24,145 bases of DNA from Trichoplax sp. H2 (taxonomy: Eukaryota), in the NCBI GenBank assembly GCA_003344405.1, contig NOWV01000101.1, forward strand, positions 248,001 to 272,145. The letters run 5' to 3'. This document shows positions 20,701 to 24,145 of this stretch, one piece after another. The notes beneath the pieces were generated by a model that saw nothing but the letters and a program-made list of their open reading frames with translations, made no database searches and had not been told where the DNA came from. The position numbers and the translations under genes are program-made. Position 1 is the stretch's first letter, and every line of letters begins with the position of its first letter.

Positions 20701-22081
20701 TCACCAGCAATTACTTTATTGCTTATGACAGCATCTTCATTCCTGATATGTAGCCTCGGAATGCGTATGGCTCATTTGCCTGCGTGGCAGTAAATGAATC
20801 CTTTATGCTATTGCTAACGACATGAGTTGACTTATTTTAAAAAGATCAATGGAAATAGCTTGTCTTTCCCAGCATGAAATGAATTAATCTATGCTGCAGA
20901 AGAGCCGATATAGCGATCGACTAATAAACTAATACCAATTTAAAATGAATAAAGCAAGCGTTTCTTTTTCTAGGTCAACTATTACAGTTACGTTAGAATG
21001 AATGATTAGTCAATGACACCAATAGAAATTTATATGTATAATAATGACTGATCGATAGGACCGTAGAGATTTAAGTATCAATGGAAATAGTCAATTAAAC
21101 TCCAATTTGTTAATAAATGATAAGGTTAAATTACTAACTGATATGGGTGAAGAAGACAAAGTAATGATTGCTATTTAATAGAGACGTCAAATAATTTCAA
21201 TTTTTTTTTAATAATAGCTGTTAAAATATATTGAGAAAGATTTAAGAATGGACTTATGCTCTCATTCATGTCGACTAAATGTTCAAGAAAAATAGCAAGT
21301 TTTTATGTATCTTAGATTCTACATAAATCAATCAGAGAGACAATAATTGTCTAACAGAGTTATTATCATTTCAAAGAGCCAAGGGAAATGAACAATTCTT
21401 GAAACCCAGCTTTGAGTAAAATATTTCAATATAAAGTTAATACGATTATGGATTGCCCAGTTTCCGTACAATAGGTGATTTTATTTTTATTTTTATATCC
21501 ATATAAAACGGACCAGCTCTTAGAAATCGGTTCAGTGAACAATAATCCAGTCATTGTCGTAGGCAGTAACAAATTTGACTAAAAACTGTTCCTGTTTAAG
21601 TTAATCAATATTAAGTGCACCTTCATTCATATAATTTACGTCTTCAATGGTTTCAGTATTGAAATACGTATATAATAATGTCAGATATTATTATCGGCGT
21701 ATCCTAGGTAATTTTAATTCTGGACCAAAATAGAACTTTTCTAATATGAATAAATAAACGTCATGATAGTCTATTCAAATATTAGGCAGGCAAATAAGAA
21801 AGGTGAAGAAAATTGTTATTAGTTTCCTTTTTTAATCTGTCTAGGAAAAATAGCAGAAAACTGTCAATTAGTAATATAAGATTATGGACAATACCGCCTT
21901 TGCATTATATAAGTCTGAAATGGAAAAAAACATTTATTTGGTACTTATTCTAATTTTAAAAGAAAAAATTTTTAGAATACAATGATTTTTTTCTATTGAC
22001 TACAAGAATCCTCCTTTATCTTATTCCATAACGTCTTTATTTTATAATAAATCTGAATTAGAAATCGATGGTAAGCCTGTG

Positions 22082-22100
22082 TATAAAATATAAATCAGTT
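22082..22100 (+). promoter_or_regulatory. Candidate TATA-like element and initiator upstream of the 22148 ATG
   Basis: TATAAAATATAAATCAGTT about 50-65 nt before GCCATG. Weak evidence in AT-rich DNA. Confidence 0.3.
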
Positions 22101-22147
22101 AGTCAGCGTCATTTATTTCTTTGCACTTTTATTACCTTCCACTCGCC

Positions 22148-22336
22148 ATGTATATTCTGACAACTTTATTGGATCAACTGTGGTTAAAATGGGACAATAT
22201 CCAGTCCATGTTATCCACATGGTGGTTAATAACAACTCTTATTGCCTTATCATTTTGCTGCTATCTTAAACGATTTTTATTGGCTAAATATCGCGATCGC
22301 AATAAAAATCCTGATCATAAAATGAAAGAGAATGAG
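22148..22336 (+). CDS. First coding exon of an unidentified gene with an N-terminal signal-anchor/transmembrane segment
   Basis: ATG in GCCATG context. Translates MYILTTLLDQLWLKWDNIQSMLSTWWLITTLIALSFCCYLKRFLLAKYRDRNKNPDHKMKENE: a hydrophobic stretch followed by basic residues, then a GAG|GTCAGT phase-0 donor. Downstream exons were not resolved. Confidence 0.6.
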
Positions 22337-24145
22337 GTCAGTTTAATAATTGATTAACAATTTATATTTCATACGTAACTCAAAATAATCTAGCCACAAT
22401 CAGAGCTTAATTTCTTCCTATACTTCAATTTCTCCGTAACTTGACGTCAATATTTTCTGGAAAGATAAATTTGAGTTTCACGCTAGCATATACTTTAAAA
22501 ATACATCAGAAATCGTATCTACTCATCTTTCGATAATTAGCTAATAGCTTAACTACCTTAAATCTACTCTAATAGCACTATCTAAATGAGAATACAATAG
22601 TCTATCATAGAATAGAAAGTATAAAATATAAGTTTGGTAAATTTTAAAGACGATATTACGAATTGTATTTTATAAATTTTTACATCGCTTTCAACTAAAT
22701 AAATGGATCGCCAATTCGATAAAATACCAATTCGTGACCGTTACTTACCAATCTATTATTTACCTTAGGCTATTTCTCTATCATATTGATTTCAATTATG
22801 TCTAGTAAAGTTATTATCTTATCAATTTCGTATACTGTAATCCTTATATACGCTTAGTTAGATTATCATTGAGAGCATTATAATTATGATAGCTTTACCT
22901 ATCTATTGTAGAGTTTACATACTTATTCAATTTTTTCAGCCAACTCCATTTCGTTAAATTGGCAAAAGATTTGTTTATTTACATAAACATGCATTCTGAC
23001 TTAATCAGATTGATCAGTTTTCAAGACTGGCTAGTAATTTACGGTTGATAAGATAAAACTTTTGTTTGTCACAATACTCGATTCTTTTTATAATAGAATC
23101 TTCAATGTCATTCTTAAATCATAATTGAGCTATCTACGCAGTCTTTAAATTTATTTACACTTAGTAAACTCATCGCCATTCTAGATGACCGGTAGTAATC
23201 GAAAGTAAACTTGGTACATTCATCAAGTACTATTAGAGCTGTATATTCGATTTAGACAGTAGTTAATTTAACATAGCTTCTAATTACTAATTCTTGTCAT
23301 CTAGCTACTTGTTCTAGATTTAATCTTCGATAGCTCAGCATCATAATCATGTACAGAATCACTGCTATCCATTTGTATTAAGTGGACGATGAATTAGCCA
23401 CGCAAATAGCCATAGTTATGAAAGTCCAACAGTGCAGATAATCTTGTACTACTATGACTACATACTAGTATAAGATTAAAATTATAATCATTATGAAATG
23501 ATACGGATTTATGATATGCATAGCTACATGATTAATTAGTACCTAGTTCTTTGGTATAATTATCATCGTTCCATACGATTATATTACATGTCATTGTAGT
23601 AATTATTACTAATATTTTGCTTCATTCAATTTCTTGTGAATTTATATTATAATAGCAATCTTTTATGTACTATCTATGCTATTCTTATAGATCAGTCTAT
23701 TTCAGTTTCAAAATTTTAATTTAACCACTTCTATAGCCCAGTAATGGTTTGTAACCATTTTATTTCATGTATCATGTAAACTCATTATCTTTTACTGTAT
23801 ACATTAAGTATTTCTATCTAGAAATTTAGTGTTGATTCTATTACGGCTAGAAGGTATTAAATAGAGCTATATAGGTCATAAAGTAACTCATGGAATGATC
23901 TTATGGAGAGATTTTGACGCCCTTTGATAGATAGGGCATCAATATTTAAACTTGACCTTAAGTAAGTGCATCCATACATGTTAGCACCAAGCTTGAAATT
24001 GTAGAAAATAAGGCAGTATCTCAGGCTTAGTATTAACTACATGTAGGGCCTCGCTTGCAGTTACATAGATGCAGCTAAACTACTCCATCTAATACACATA
24101 GTAATGTTCTCATTCCCGATATATGCGGATCTCTTGGTGAAAGGT

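Noticed and set aside
22441..22450. Palindromic CRE-like site TTGACGTCAA in the intron after the 22148 exon
   Set aside because: A single short motif with no independent support.
23885..23961. In-frame TGA in SWNDLMERF*RPLIDRASIFKLDL before a GTAAGT donor, as possible selenocysteine
   Set aside because: There is no redox-motif context, no verified exon and no SECIS visible.

Overview
This is AT-rich eukaryotic genomic DNA with short GT-AG introns of about 65-290 nt. The compact intron style suggests a placozoan (Trichoplax-like) genome, which is an inference. Bases 1-15602 (+) hold the 3' part of one giant coiled-coil gene, a pericentrin/AKAP9 (AKAP450)-family centrosomal scaffold. I reconstructed 24 phase-consistent coding exons totalling 12,369 nt (at least 4,122 aa; the N-terminus lies outside the window). 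They include two giant exons (at least 3.6 kb, and 4.5 kb) and end in a PACT domain plus a conserved C-terminal helix. Downstream are a probable 3'UTR with a GC-rich hairpin, a stop-rich minus-strand region with splice-like signals (about 17-18.6 kb), and a four-copy degenerate 300-480 bp tandem repeat (19.2-20.7 kb). The repeat's minus strand reads like a decayed membrane-protein fragment, possibly a class A GPCR TM1-TM2. The first exon of an unidentified signal-anchored protein lies at 22148-22336. I saw no prokaryotic systems, CRISPR arrays, RNA genes or intact mobile elements, and I cannot support a clearly novel biological system. The repeat array and the giant exons are the best leads.
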